Origin: Chloroflexota bacterium
Lineage (GTDB): Bacteria; Chloroflexota; Dehalococcoidia; JABGRK01
Direction of reading: 5' to 3'
Length of the DNA: 64,000 nt
NCBI GenBank assembly: GCA_018648325.1
Contig: JABGRK010000010.1
Location: 200,621-264,620 of the forward strand
Position numbers and translations under genes: made by a program. The notes under the pieces were generated by a model. It was not told the DNA's origin. It was given only the letters and a program-made list of their open reading frames with translations, and ran no database searches. Shown here one piece after another: positions 19,152 through 27,784 of this stretch. The first letter of the stretch is position 1. Each line of letters opens with the position of its first letter.

Positions 19152-20093
19152 ATGGGGTTTTTGCTTAGTTTTAATAAGACCTTTTGTGACATACTTGGGC
19201 TCAAGCGCAATGTAACTATTGTCATGCTCATGGTATTGGCAATAGTGCTGTATTGCTTTTTTAAATGGTCCAACGAAATAAACGTAGAGGAAATTTCTCC
19301 AGTTGCATTGCAAACGCAGTTCATTGCAGATCAGATTGTTTTCATTTGGTATATCTGGTGTGCCGGTGTGCTTCTGGCCATTTTGGTATCTGCGCATGCT
19401 GCTGGCTTTATATCCAAAGAGGTTACAGACGGAACACTGATGCTCATTGTCAACAAACCTATTAATAGATATGAGATCATCATTGGGAAACTTGCCGCAC
19501 TGATTGTGAACTCTATAATGCTTCTGGCTATCGGTTATCTATTTTCCATATTGCTGCTCTGGGGCATACTGCCCCTTGATATGGACAGTCTGCAAACTCT
19601 GTTTGGCATGATGCCCTCTATGATTTTGTACGCTTTTCTTGTAGCCTTGTTTTTCGGATCCTTATCTATTGCCTTTTCTGCGCTCATGAACAGCCGAATA
19701 AAGATAGTAATGATAGCCATGACACTAATCATGTATACTTTCTTTTTTGGTGTGCTTGTTCGCTTTGTTGTGGATAAAGAGGGATCAAATCAGTATGCAA
19801 ATCTCGGTCTTTACTCTGTTGACACGGGATACCATATCAGTAATACATTTTATCTTCTTAGCAATGATATCGAGTTTTGGGATATATCGCCAACTCATCA
19901 GGTCTTCTTTGGGGGATATACAGGCACATACTATATGTCGGGCATCTCCGGTCAGGATAATCAGTTTGGCAAGGTTCTTTACTCGAACCCTACTGATTAT
20001 ATTCATCCTGCATATTCATTATTTATAGTGCTGGGTATTTCTGCAGGCGCTATTGGATTGGCTATGTGGGGGCTGCATAGAAAAGAATTATAA
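19152..20093 (+). CDS. ABC-2 type permease (6 TM)
   Basis: 313 aa hydrophobic protein immediately after the ATPase gene. Confidence 0.6.
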   Translation: MGFLLSFNKTFCDILGLKRNVTIVMLMVLAIVLYCFFKWSNEINVEEISPVALQTQFIADQIVFIWYIWCAGVLLAILVSAHAAGFISKEVTDGTLMLIVNKPINRYEIIIGKLAALIVNSIMLLAIGYLFSILLLWGILPLDMDSLQTLFGMMPSMILYAFLVALFFGSLSIAFSALMNSRIKIVMIAMTLIMYTFFFGVLVRFVVDKEGSNQYANLGLYSVDTGYHISNTFYLLSNDIEFWDISPTHQVFFGGYTGTYYMSGISGQDNQFGKVLYSNPTDYIHPAYSLFIVLGISAGAIGLAMWGLHRKEL

Positions 20094-20123
20094 TCAGGTG
20101 ATTAATTTATCGAATATACAAAA

Positions 20124-20172
20124 ACATCGGGATGTTTGTCCACTGATGCGTACGATTGGGCTATGCCATTTC
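20124..20172 (+). repeat. Intergenic repeat element, copy B
   Basis: ACATCGGGATGTTTGTCCACTGATGCGTACGATTGGGCTATGCCATTT. Confidence 0.6.
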
Positions 20173-20235
20173 GAGAGTATGTAAAGCTGTAAAATTGTGG
20201 GCAGTATAGTAGAGTTGGTTTTTCGATGGTAAGCT

Positions 20236-22101
20236 TTAATATTCACGCAATGGCTTGTATATTTGTAGACTTACAACTAGATCCATGAGGCTCCATCTGT
20301 AATTGATATAGTATTCCGGGGGTGCAGAACAAGTTATTGTCCACACAGTATTACCCACAAGTGCATATGATTGCACAGACCGTAATATGCCATCTCCCGT
20401 GTAATCTGCTTCAGACTCCATGATGATTCCCTCTTGTCCGGCAATGCCTCTAGCAGTATGGTAATACCTGTAATAATCTTCCGCCAAGCTTATTGCAGTA
20501 CGTTCGCATGCTGCAACATAATCATTAAGCAGCACATATGGCGGATCATCAAGTGTCCAAGAGTCTGCAGTTAGTGCTTCTACACTGATATTGATACTTG
20601 GCATAAGCCCGTTTGCATTGGTCAGTCCAGCAACGAAAATTGTTCTGTATTGCTCAAAAGCAGCCTCCAGTTCAGCATGAGTTATAAAATCGTTAGTGAA
20701 GTATTCCTGAAGGCTTGGAGTCATTTCTGATGATATTACCCAATCTGTTGGGTACGCGATGCTGAAAAGGCCAGATTGATCTGCATAAATAGCCTCATCA
20801 TAGTCGAATGAATTGGGGAATGTACGTCCTAGCGACCTCGTAACACTCTCTATAAAGTCAGGATCGTCTGATAAATCAATAGCTTTCCCAAAATCTAACA
20901 TTGCTTTTACTTTTTCTCCTTGGGCCAGATAAGCTTTCCCTCGATTGTAGTAAGCGTCGGCATGGTTTGGATCAAGCTCAATTGCCTTTTCAAAATCAGC
21001 CATTGCGTTTGTTAAGTCGTCCATCTGATAATAAGATATTCCTCGATTGTAGTAAGCGTCGGTATAGCTAGGATCAAGCTCAATTGCTCTTTCAAAATCA
21101 GCTATTGCGTTGGTTAAGTCGTTCATTTCGTAATAAGTGTAACCCCGCCCATTGTAAGCACCAGCATGGTTTGGATCAAGTTCAATTGCCTTTTCAAAAT
21201 CAGCCATTGCGTTTGTTTCTTCTTCTGTCTCGCTATAAGACATTGCTCGATTATAATAAGCGTCAGCCAACTGATAGTCAGGACGAATGGCATTCCTTGG
21301 TATTGTTATGTTTACTGGAACATTATAATCGTAGATCGACATAGTCATATCTACATCAATAGCAATCCCTTCTATAGTCATTCTAAACTGCATCTGTTGC
21401 TTTACTGGGAGATTGGTATTCTTATCAACCCATATTTTGATTGTTGCATCACTCATTAAATTTTGGATCTCGTTGGTCGTAATACCTTCAAACGAGTCTT
21501 TCATTCCGGGTTGTCGCATGGTAAAGTCAATCAACTCATCAGTATCCAATACAATGTCAAACATATGGCAATCAGTGCCTTCTATTGTGTCACTACCATT
21601 GTGTCTTACTTCACCAAAAGAAAACACTTCTAGCTGTTGCGCAAGTTGGTCTTGTTCCTCCCATTCGGCATGGGGAACTTCCATGTTAATCCAGCCACTT
21701 GGTTGCCCTGTGACTTCGGTCAACATATACATAATGTGGGATGGTGTCCCTTGGTTAGAAATATTAGTCATAAGGCATGCTATCGCATATATTTCTATTG
21801 ATTGATTCGCAGTTCCGCCTGACATAGCCATTTTCATGTTCATATTTTCAACATCGATTGCACCACTGTAGTCCATTGTCATATTTAATCCAGACTGATC
21901 GCTGTAATTCATGCTCATGGTACCTTCAAACTTAAAACTGCTAACATCATCACCTGAAGATAATATAGATTGCTTCAGCTCATTGGAGATAAGTGCGTTT
22001 GCACTTGAACACCCAACAAAGGCAGAAAGTAAAGCTAGTATAAGCAGTAATCCGATAAATCTAATGCTGGCACCCATATACGCTATATTCATATAATCCA
22101 A
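20236..22101 (-). CDS. TPR-repeat lipoprotein (4+ TPR units)
   Basis: Signal peptide with lipobox FVGCS. Repeated AYYNRG...A(I/M)ADFEKAIELDPN units. Confidence 0.75.
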   Translation of the reverse strand: MDYMNIAYMGASIRFIGLLLILALLSAFVGCSSANALISNELKQSILSSGDDVSSFKFEGTMSMNYSDQSGLNMTMDYSGAIDVENMNMKMAMSGGTANQSIEIYAIACLMTNISNQGTPSHIMYMLTEVTGQPSGWINMEVPHAEWEEQDQLAQQLEVFSFGEVRHNGSDTIEGTDCHMFDIVLDTDELIDFTMRQPGMKDSFEGITTNEIQNLMSDATIKIWVDKNTNLPVKQQMQFRMTIEGIAIDVDMTMSIYDYNVPVNITIPRNAIRPDYQLADAYYNRAMSYSETEEETNAMADFEKAIELDPNHAGAYNGRGYTYYEMNDLTNAIADFERAIELDPSYTDAYYNRGISYYQMDDLTNAMADFEKAIELDPNHADAYYNRGKAYLAQGEKVKAMLDFGKAIDLSDDPDFIESVTRSLGRTFPNSFDYDEAIYADQSGLFSIAYPTDWVISSEMTPSLQEYFTNDFITHAELEAAFEQYRTIFVAGLTNANGLMPSINISVEALTADSWTLDDPPYVLLNDYVAACERTAISLAEDYYRYYHTARGIAGQEGIIMESEADYTGDGILRSVQSYALVGNTVWTITCSAPPEYYINYRWSLMDLVVSLQIYKPLREY

Positions 22102-22197
22102 CTCACTACGTTTTGAGGTTAATCATAGTATAGAGACGGGTAGCAGTCAACTAAGTGGCATATAATGACAGTTAGTTTTGTATGTATGGGAGCACAA

Positions 22198-22246
22198 ACA
22201 TCGGGATGTCTGTCCAGCTATGCGTACTCTTGGTTAATACCATTTA
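22198..22246 (+). repeat. Intergenic repeat element, copy C
   Basis: ACATCGGGATGTCTGTCCAGCTATGCGTACTCTTGGTTAATACCATTT. Confidence 0.6.
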
Positions 22247-22322
22247 CATTTACCGGTTAAGAACCGCTTGGATATTGCTTGAAAGAAAAAAGAAGAGTGG
22301 ATTCATTTGGTATTACTAGTAA

Positions 22323-22592
22323 TTAATTATAAGTCGTGATGATAAAGGAAAATATCACGAAAGCGATAGTAAACGAATTAAATACTGTTCCAAGTACAGC
22401 AAATAGGAGTTTTCTGCTTTTTTGCCTCAATCCGATAATGCCCAGTACAAGCCCAACGATAGTAGTAACAAAAACCAAAATTGCGATAATACCAATTCCC
22501 AAGTAATGCGAGGATTCACCGTGGTCTATTAGCCACATAGTTTCTAATACTACAGCGATCAATGCCGCTGCGATAAGAAGTGATCCCATCAC
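22323..22592 (-). CDS. Small membrane protein (3 TM), hypothetical
   Basis: 89 aa and hydrophobic. Its start overlaps the stop of an upstream small zinc-ribbon ORF (TGATG). Confidence 0.45.
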   Translation of the reverse strand: MMGSLLIAAALIAVVLETMWLIDHGESSHYLGIGIIAILVFVTTIVGLVLGIIGLRQKSRKLLFAVLGTVFNSFTIAFVIFSFIITTYN

Positions 22593-22744
22593 AAGGCTGA
22601 TAATAAGGGAGGCTTTGCCGAAAGATGATTGCTAAGTTCATCTTTTTTGGCAATACCACATTTCATACAATGGATAGCTCCCTCATCCATAGGGTTGCCG
22701 CATTTTACACAATACATACCTTTTCCCGTTTGCATAATCAGCAT
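22589..22744 (-). CDS. Small zinc-ribbon ORF (CVKCG...CMKCG), possibly translationally coupled to the downstream membrane protein
   Basis: 51 aa from ATG 22744, or 42 aa from ATG 22717, which follows GGAAAAGG. Two CxxC pairs. Confidence 0.3.
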   Translation of the reverse strand: MLIMQTGKGMYCVKCGNPMDEGAIHCMKCGIAKKDELSNHLSAKPPLLSAL

Positions 22745-22762
22745 TATAGCACCATCATAAGA

Positions 22763-22790
22763 ACATCGGGATAGCTATATGGATGTGTTT
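22763..22790 (+). repeat. Intergenic repeat element, partial copy D (first ~12 nt conserved, then diverged)
   Basis: ACATCGGGATAGCTATATGGATG... Confidence 0.35.
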
Positions 22791-22860
22791 ATCATCGCCA
22801 GGGCCCATGTTTGCCCAAACACGCTAAGAAAAATAATGGAAAAAAGTAGGCATAAAAAAA

Positions 22861-22933
22861 TGGAGCTGAGGGGATTCGAACCCCTGACCTCCTCCGTGCA
22901 AGGGAGGCGCTCTCCCAATTGAGCTACAGCCCC
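22861..22933 (-). tRNA. tRNA-Ala (anticodon UGC)
   Basis: Cloverleaf by eye: GGGGCUGUAGCUCA..., anticodon loop CUUGCAC, G3:U70, discriminator A73. CCA is not encoded. Confidence 0.9.
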
Positions 22934-22989
22934 ATGTCTAAGTTCAATTCTATCAATAATCCGCTGTGTGCGCAATATCATGCGATTCA

Positions 22990-23900
22990 CGGTAGTGGGT
23001 CATTTTCAATTAATGAGATTTACGATGTCACTTATCTCCCATTTTTGTTCACTCACACCAGCCGCAATAGCAGGCGTTGTCTTTAAGCCTATATGCACTT
23101 TGCAAAAGTTGTAATACATGAAGTGTAGTGCTACCGCGTGTTCTAAGTTTGCTATTTTCTTTGAAAAGGCATTTGTTAATCTTGTAAATCGCCTCATATG
23201 CATACGCATTGTAAGATTTTGGCGCTCGACATAACTTGTAGATATTTGCGTAGTATCTGGTTTTCCTTGCTTTACTCGTGTGTCTGTGCCAATACATGGG
23301 GGAGGGCTATACCTTGTGTCTTGGTGATAGGTTTTACCGTACAACTTAACTAACATCGCATAATCTATGTCAGCCCCAAACGCATCCTCAACTGCCTCTA
23401 AATACGTTTTATATCCGTCTGTGGTGAGCTGTATGCGATTAGTTAATCTGCTCTTTAGGTCATACATAAAAGCGTGTGCGAACTCAGCACTACGATCCCC
23501 AACTACCCAACATGGAACTAATCTCGTATCTGCATCAATCGCTACCCATGTCCACACATCGCCTACGCCATATTCATCACGCTTTGATTCTGGGACATTC
23601 TTCTGCTTGGAGTAACAGAAAGACCATATTTCATCACACTGAACTTTTTTGCAATTGAGATTATTCATTACATTATTTTGATATGCGCTACATGCAGCAC
23701 CAACATTATTGAGTAGTCGAATTACCGTTCCTTTTGCTGCGCCAGTCATGCGGCAAGTTGACCTAATTGAGTTGCCCTCTACGAGTGCTGAGACTATCTG
23801 ACTTCGGCGTTCCACACTCAACTTATTCATACTAGTATTATACTAGACCGCTCAAGCATTGTCAAGCATTTAGGGGTCAATTTGAAAATCTGGGGATAAC
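22990..23900 (-). mobile_element. IS1-family insertion sequence (boundaries approximate)
   Basis: Single-ORF IS1 transposase. A GGGTCAnTTT(C/G)AA motif appears near both ends (22996-23010 and 23874-23890), but clean terminal inverted repeats could not be established by eye. Confidence 0.4.
23006..23830 (-). CDS. IS1-family transposase (InsAB-like fused ORF)
   Basis: Motifs align with E. coli InsB. CDEIWSF matches CAEMDEQWGY, WTWVAIDADTRL matches WLFYAYD, TDGYKTYLE matches TDGWPLYE, and VERQNLTMRMHMRRFTRLTNAFSKK matches [25 protein letters not shown]. N-terminal HTH region. Confidence 0.85.
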   Translation of the reverse strand: MNKLSVERRSQIVSALVEGNSIRSTCRMTGAAKGTVIRLLNNVGAACSAYQNNVMNNLNCKKVQCDEIWSFCYSKQKNVPESKRDEYGVGDVWTWVAIDADTRLVPCWVVGDRSAEFAHAFMYDLKSRLTNRIQLTTDGYKTYLEAVEDAFGADIDYAMLVKLYGKTYHQDTRYSPPPCIGTDTRVKQGKPDTTQISTSYVERQNLTMRMHMRRFTRLTNAFSKKIANLEHAVALHFMYYNFCKVHIGLKTTPAIAAGVSEQKWEISDIVNLIN

Positions 23901-24030
23901 TATTGACTGCTAGTGATATAGTTTAATCGGCGCACGGTAGGCACCCAACATAGGTTGCAGCTACAATCGTCAACTTTTAGGTGAACACCTTTGGACACGG
24001 GCAACTAGCCCAGAAAGGTGGTGATTGGTA

Positions 24031-24141
24031 ATGGCTAAGACCGAAGATGGGAAAAAGATAGTTCCAGTGAAACCTTATACCCGTAAAACGGATAATGGTG
24101 TGGTTAAGGTGAAGCGTCACAAGCGCTCCACCCCAAACTAA
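24031..24141 (+). CDS. Very small basic protein (36 aa), hypothetical
   Basis: MAKTEDGKKIVPVKPYTRKTDNGVVKVKRHKRSTPN. GGTGGTGA RBS 4 nt upstream. Absent from the ORF track. Confidence 0.3.
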   Translation: MAKTEDGKKIVPVKPYTRKTDNGVVKVKRHKRSTPN

Positions 24142-24169
24142 ATTTGGACTAACAGCCTACCGTGTTGCC

Positions 24170-24400
24170 TTAAACTTCCGATTTCTTTGCCCACCTAGCC
24201 ACAGCCGCCTTCTTAGCGATCTCCGACCTTTGTTCTGGCGTTAGTTTCGCAGCCCTAGCCTTACCACCCTTTAAACCGCCGAGTTTACCAAGCGCCACGG
24301 CAGCAGGGTTCTTCTCTTTTTTGAGTTTAAAGGGGCTAGTAGCATCACTAACAATAGTTGAAGCTATTTCATTTATGTCTTTGCTTGAGCGTTTAGGCAT
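24170..24400 (-). CDS. Small basic protein with KGG-like/Gly-Lys-rich C-terminal motif (LGKLGGLKGGKARAAKLTPEQRSEIAKKAA)
   Basis: 76 aa, lysine-rich. No confident family. Confidence 0.4.
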   Translation of the reverse strand: MPKRSSKDINEIASTIVSDATSPFKLKKEKNPAAVALGKLGGLKGGKARAAKLTPEQRSEIAKKAAVARWAKKSEV

Positions 24401-24440
24401 ATCTTATTATGACCTTTTTAGAGACTGATTGTCAAGGGTT

Positions 24441-25010
24441 TTATGTGCAGAATTCTTTTATAAAATCTTGAATGTGCTGCAATCTGGAACATAATGGCTC
24501 ATATAACTGCAATGTGTCCTCATTTTGGATTAAATCAGTTTGATGGATGCTGATATTATTTTTAAATATTGATTGATATGACTTCCCAATATTATCCAAT
24601 ATATATCCCTCTGCTTCACCAGTCCACAAGTGATATTGCTCCCAAGGTGTTGGGTAAACCTGACGTTTGCACATTGTGGCTATCTCGTTGCCATCTCTTA
24701 ATAGTTTGCCCAACTTATCGCATATCTCATCATTTACCATCTTGCTTTTTAGTAGTTTTTCTAACTCACTTGTCTTTGCCCGATCCTCACGATGTATCGA
24801 ATATGGCGCAATTATTATACCAATTACGATAGTAGTGAGTAGCGCAGTTAAGGGGATCGCCCACATTAATATTGACACTACACCATCCAACCCAGAGACG
24901 AAATAGGTAATTGCCAAAAGGGTAACGGTTGCAATTGAAGCGACAAACTCTGCCGTTCGCAGTTTGCCTCCAAATACTTTTTGGAAATATCTTTTGGCGT
25001 AGTTGCCCAT
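24441..25010 (-). CDS. Membrane protein (2 TM plus cytoplasmic domain), hypothetical
   Basis: 189 aa and AT-rich. Adjacent to the IS1 element. Confidence 0.4.
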   Translation of the reverse strand: MGNYAKRYFQKVFGGKLRTAEFVASIATVTLLAITYFVSGLDGVVSILMWAIPLTALLTTIVIGIIIAPYSIHREDRAKTSELEKLLKSKMVNDEICDKLGKLLRDGNEIATMCKRQVYPTPWEQYHLWTGEAEGYILDNIGKSYQSIFKNNISIHQTDLIQNEDTLQLYEPLCSRLQHIQDFIKEFCT

Positions 25011-25153
25011 GCGCCCATTCTACCATAGCTAAGTAATATATTCATTTCTATCTCACGATCATCGTAATCAAATTGACCCACTACCCGATTCACATCCCCC
25101 TTGACAAACTGTTATAACTGTTATAGTATACATATAACAGTAGTAGGTGATTA

Positions 25154-25558
25154 ATGTTGATTTCTATAGACGAGCAGGCAGGAACTCCCATTTACCTGCA
25201 AATCATGCGGCAGGTAAAACAGCAGGTGCAAAGCGGACAGCTCAAGTCTGGAGATGAGCTTCCGTCGGTAAGAGATCTTGCCGGGAGCCTGAGCATAAAC
25301 CTGCATACCGTGCGTGCTGCCTATCAGAAACTGCGTGAGCTTGGCATTATCAACATGCGCCTGGGCAGACGGGCCAGGGTGGCAAAGCAGTCAGCGGGCG
25401 ACGCGGACAGCGGCGCTGCTTCTGATAAGAGGCTTGCCGGGGTAGTAGATGAACTTAAATCACTCATAATAGACGCTTACCTTTCCGGCGTATCGGCCGA
25501 CCGGTTTCGAACTCTGGTAAATAAAGAACTTGAGCAGATAGAAAAACAGGGAATGTAA
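25154..25558 (+). CDS. GntR-family transcriptional regulator (YtrA-like short subfamily)
   Basis: 134 aa. N-terminal wHTH motif (PSVRDLAGSLSINLHTVRAAYQKL). Confidence 0.8.
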   Translation: MLISIDEQAGTPIYLQIMRQVKQQVQSGQLKSGDELPSVRDLAGSLSINLHTVRAAYQKLRELGIINMRLGRRARVAKQSAGDADSGAASDKRLAGVVDELKSLIIDAYLSGVSADRFRTLVNKELEQIEKQGM

Positions 25559-25584
25559 ACTTTCCTTATGCAGGAGCAAAAGCT

Positions 25585-26562
25585 ATGAAATTTAAAATTA
25601 CGCATCCATTCACACACTTGCCGGCGGTAGTTGCACTGGTGACGCTTATTGTATACGTCGCAACCTCGGGCCCGTTCCCTGACAGCGTGCCGATTCACTT
25701 CGGCGTTACCGGCGCGCCCGACAACTGGGGTTCGCCATGGCTGGCATTCGGCCTTGCTATCGGCTTGTCTGTGTTTTTCATCGGGCTATCAATCTTTTTC
25801 GATGAGCTCTGGATAAGGCAGGAGAAGAAAAAATCCTTTAACTGGTTGTCGCTTTTTGATGAATTGGCCGTTGGCATTCTGGCCGGGACGAACATTGGTT
25901 ATATAAGGTATCTCAACGCTGGTGCAGGTAACTTCTCTTTCCCGTGGGCCACGGTGTTACTGGTTGCTGGCATCTCGATTATTGCTGCGGTGGCGCTGGA
26001 TTATCTGCGCCCGTTTACCCCGCATCCCGATCAGGCCGATGTCATCGAAGACACGGCAGGTATTGAAGCTGAACTGGTAACTAGGCTTAAGGGCAGTGGC
26101 TCGTTTGTATACTGGGATGTGCAGAATCCGCTTTGGAACACTTTTATGACAATACTTGTGCCGATAGCAATGATTATTGGTGGCATATTCGCCTGGTTTG
26201 ATACCATTTGGGTATCGGCGCTGCTGTTCGTAGTTGCGCTTGGCATTTTCAGCATATACGGTGGACAACGCGCGCTGGTTACCCGTGATTATGTAAAAGT
26301 ACGCTATGGCATCCTTGGCATTCGGATACTCAATCTGAAAACATCGGATATCGCACAGATCGATGTGCATTCGTTTTCGCCGCTTAAGGATTTTGGCGGT
26401 TACGGCATACGCTATAGAAGCGGTATAAAAGCATATTTTCTGAGCGGCAGCCGCGGTGTAAAGCTGACCATGGCAAATGGCAAGAAGTATCTTATCGGCT
26501 CAAACCACCCTGACCAGCTTGCGGCCGTTATCCGCGCTGTGGCTGGTGTTATCGGCCAGTAG
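25585..26562 (+). CDS. Membrane protein (DUF1648/SdpI-like N-terminus), putatively regulated by the preceding YtrA-like regulator
   Basis: 325 aa, 6-7 TM. Lies 27 nt downstream of the GntR gene. Confidence 0.55.
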   Translation: MKFKITHPFTHLPAVVALVTLIVYVATSGPFPDSVPIHFGVTGAPDNWGSPWLAFGLAIGLSVFFIGLSIFFDELWIRQEKKKSFNWLSLFDELAVGILAGTNIGYIRYLNAGAGNFSFPWATVLLVAGISIIAAVALDYLRPFTPHPDQADVIEDTAGIEAELVTRLKGSGSFVYWDVQNPLWNTFMTILVPIAMIIGGIFAWFDTIWVSALLFVVALGIFSIYGGQRALVTRDYVKVRYGILGIRILNLKTSDIAQIDVHSFSPLKDFGGYGIRYRSGIKAYFLSGSRGVKLTMANGKKYLIGSNHPDQLAAVIRAVAGVIGQ

Positions 26563-26587
26563 TGGGGTCACACGTCGGGATGGTTGT

Positions 26588-27013
26588 TCACTCATGAGTA
26601 TGCGAACTTATACGGTACCGAATTCTGGTCGCAACAAGACCGTCTGCGTCCATCGTCCCCGTAATCCTAATCTCCCTATTTTCCTCAAAACCATCCCCCA
26701 CAGACCCGTCGTATACTACAGCCAGTTCGCCGTTTCCATCTACATCATAAATATCAAATTCATAATGCTGGTTTGGGGCATCCTCCTCAATAGAGTCAGC
26801 CTTCACCCTACCGTCTACCTCAATTGTTCGCCCGTAAACAGCGCTGCCCTTCGCTAGAAGCGTACTTACGCTCGAATAGTGAGGTGGTATATTACGTAAA
26901 TAATGTAAATGGCCAAAAAGCAAAAAGCTCATTGCCAGTACTAAAACAACACCGACAATAACAACGGTCTTTCTTCTAAACTCCATTACCCCTAATAGAA
27001 ACCTTGCGATCAT
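26588..27013 (-). CDS. Membrane-anchored OB-fold protein resembling the CcmE family (no canonical heme-binding HxxxY/AKHDE motif)
   Basis: N-terminal TM followed by a periplasmic beta-rich domain (VDGRV...FDIYD..G...VVYDG). Weak similarity only. Confidence 0.35.
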   Translation of the reverse strand: MIARFLLGVMEFRRKTVVIVGVVLVLAMSFLLFGHLHYLRNIPPHYSSVSTLLAKGSAVYGRTIEVDGRVKADSIEEDAPNQHYEFDIYDVDGNGELAVVYDGSVGDGFEENREIRITGTMDADGLVATRIRYRISSHTHE

Positions 27014-27189
27014 CTTTTACCTGCCTCCGGCGTCTACTCTATTTATCAATCTGACCGCTAGCATCATACTTAGCAATTACATAGTTTGCAACCCTGTCAT
27101 AACATGACTAAAATTGACAGATATCTACCCGTAATGCGATACTGTGTAGAGCAACAGTGACCATTTTTCATAAAAACAAGAGGTATGCC

Positions 27190-27660
27190 ATGCGATATGT
27201 GTTGATATTAGTGCTTCTGTGCGGTTTATTACTAATGGGTTGTTCACTTATGCAATATTCTTTGACTGTCTCAGCTGATTCGCCAGAAACTGGCTCTGTA
27301 ACGCTCAATCCAACAACCGACATATATGAACATGGCGATAGGGTGCTTATAACCGCCACTCCAGCAGAAGGATATATATTTGATCACTGGAGCGGCGATT
27401 TGTCTGGAAGCACCAACCCACAAAATATTCAAGGCTGGAGGCTTGTGGATATAAGGGAAGGTTTTCCGACGTTCATATTCCCGTCATACACACTCGAACC
27501 GGATGCCTCCATTCGAGTCTATACAAATGAAATCCATACTGAGTCTGGCGGTTTCAGTTTCGGGCGAGGAAGCGATATCTGGAATAACACAAGCCCTGAT
27601 ATGGCTGGACTTTATGACGCACAAAACAATCTGGTTTCATACAAGAGCTATGAATTGTAA
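27190..27660 (+). CDS. Lipoprotein with InlB B-repeat/Listeria-Bacteroides-repeat-like domain
   Basis: Start at ATG 27190 after AAGAGG. Lipobox LMGCS. Has the LTVSADSPETGSVTLNP...YEHGDRVLITATPAEGYIFDHWSGD pattern. Confidence 0.5.
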   Translation: MRYVLILVLLCGLLLMGCSLMQYSLTVSADSPETGSVTLNPTTDIYEHGDRVLITATPAEGYIFDHWSGDLSGSTNPQNIQGWRLVDIREGFPTFIFPSYTLEPDASIRVYTNEIHTESGGFSFGRGSDIWNNTSPDMAGLYDAQNNLVSYKSYEL

Positions 27661-27784
27661 TCAGGGGTACACAAGCTATCACCATGATGCCACATTCGTG
27701 CGTTACACCACCGTAAACATAGGGATGGCTGTCCTCTGATGCATATGAATAATAAAGGACTATTTGTAGCTTAAGTAAATAGCT

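Noticed and set aside
22775-22990. 71-aa ORF overlapping tRNA-Ala(UGC)
   Set aside because: It covers the tRNA gene on the same strand. The tRNA cloverleaf, with G3:U70, is unambiguous, so the ORF is spurious.
22990-23900. Terminal inverted repeats of the IS1-family element
   Set aside because: The GGGTCAnTTT motifs near both ends are in direct rather than cleanly inverted orientation, and only ~11 nt match. Exact IS ends are left undefined.
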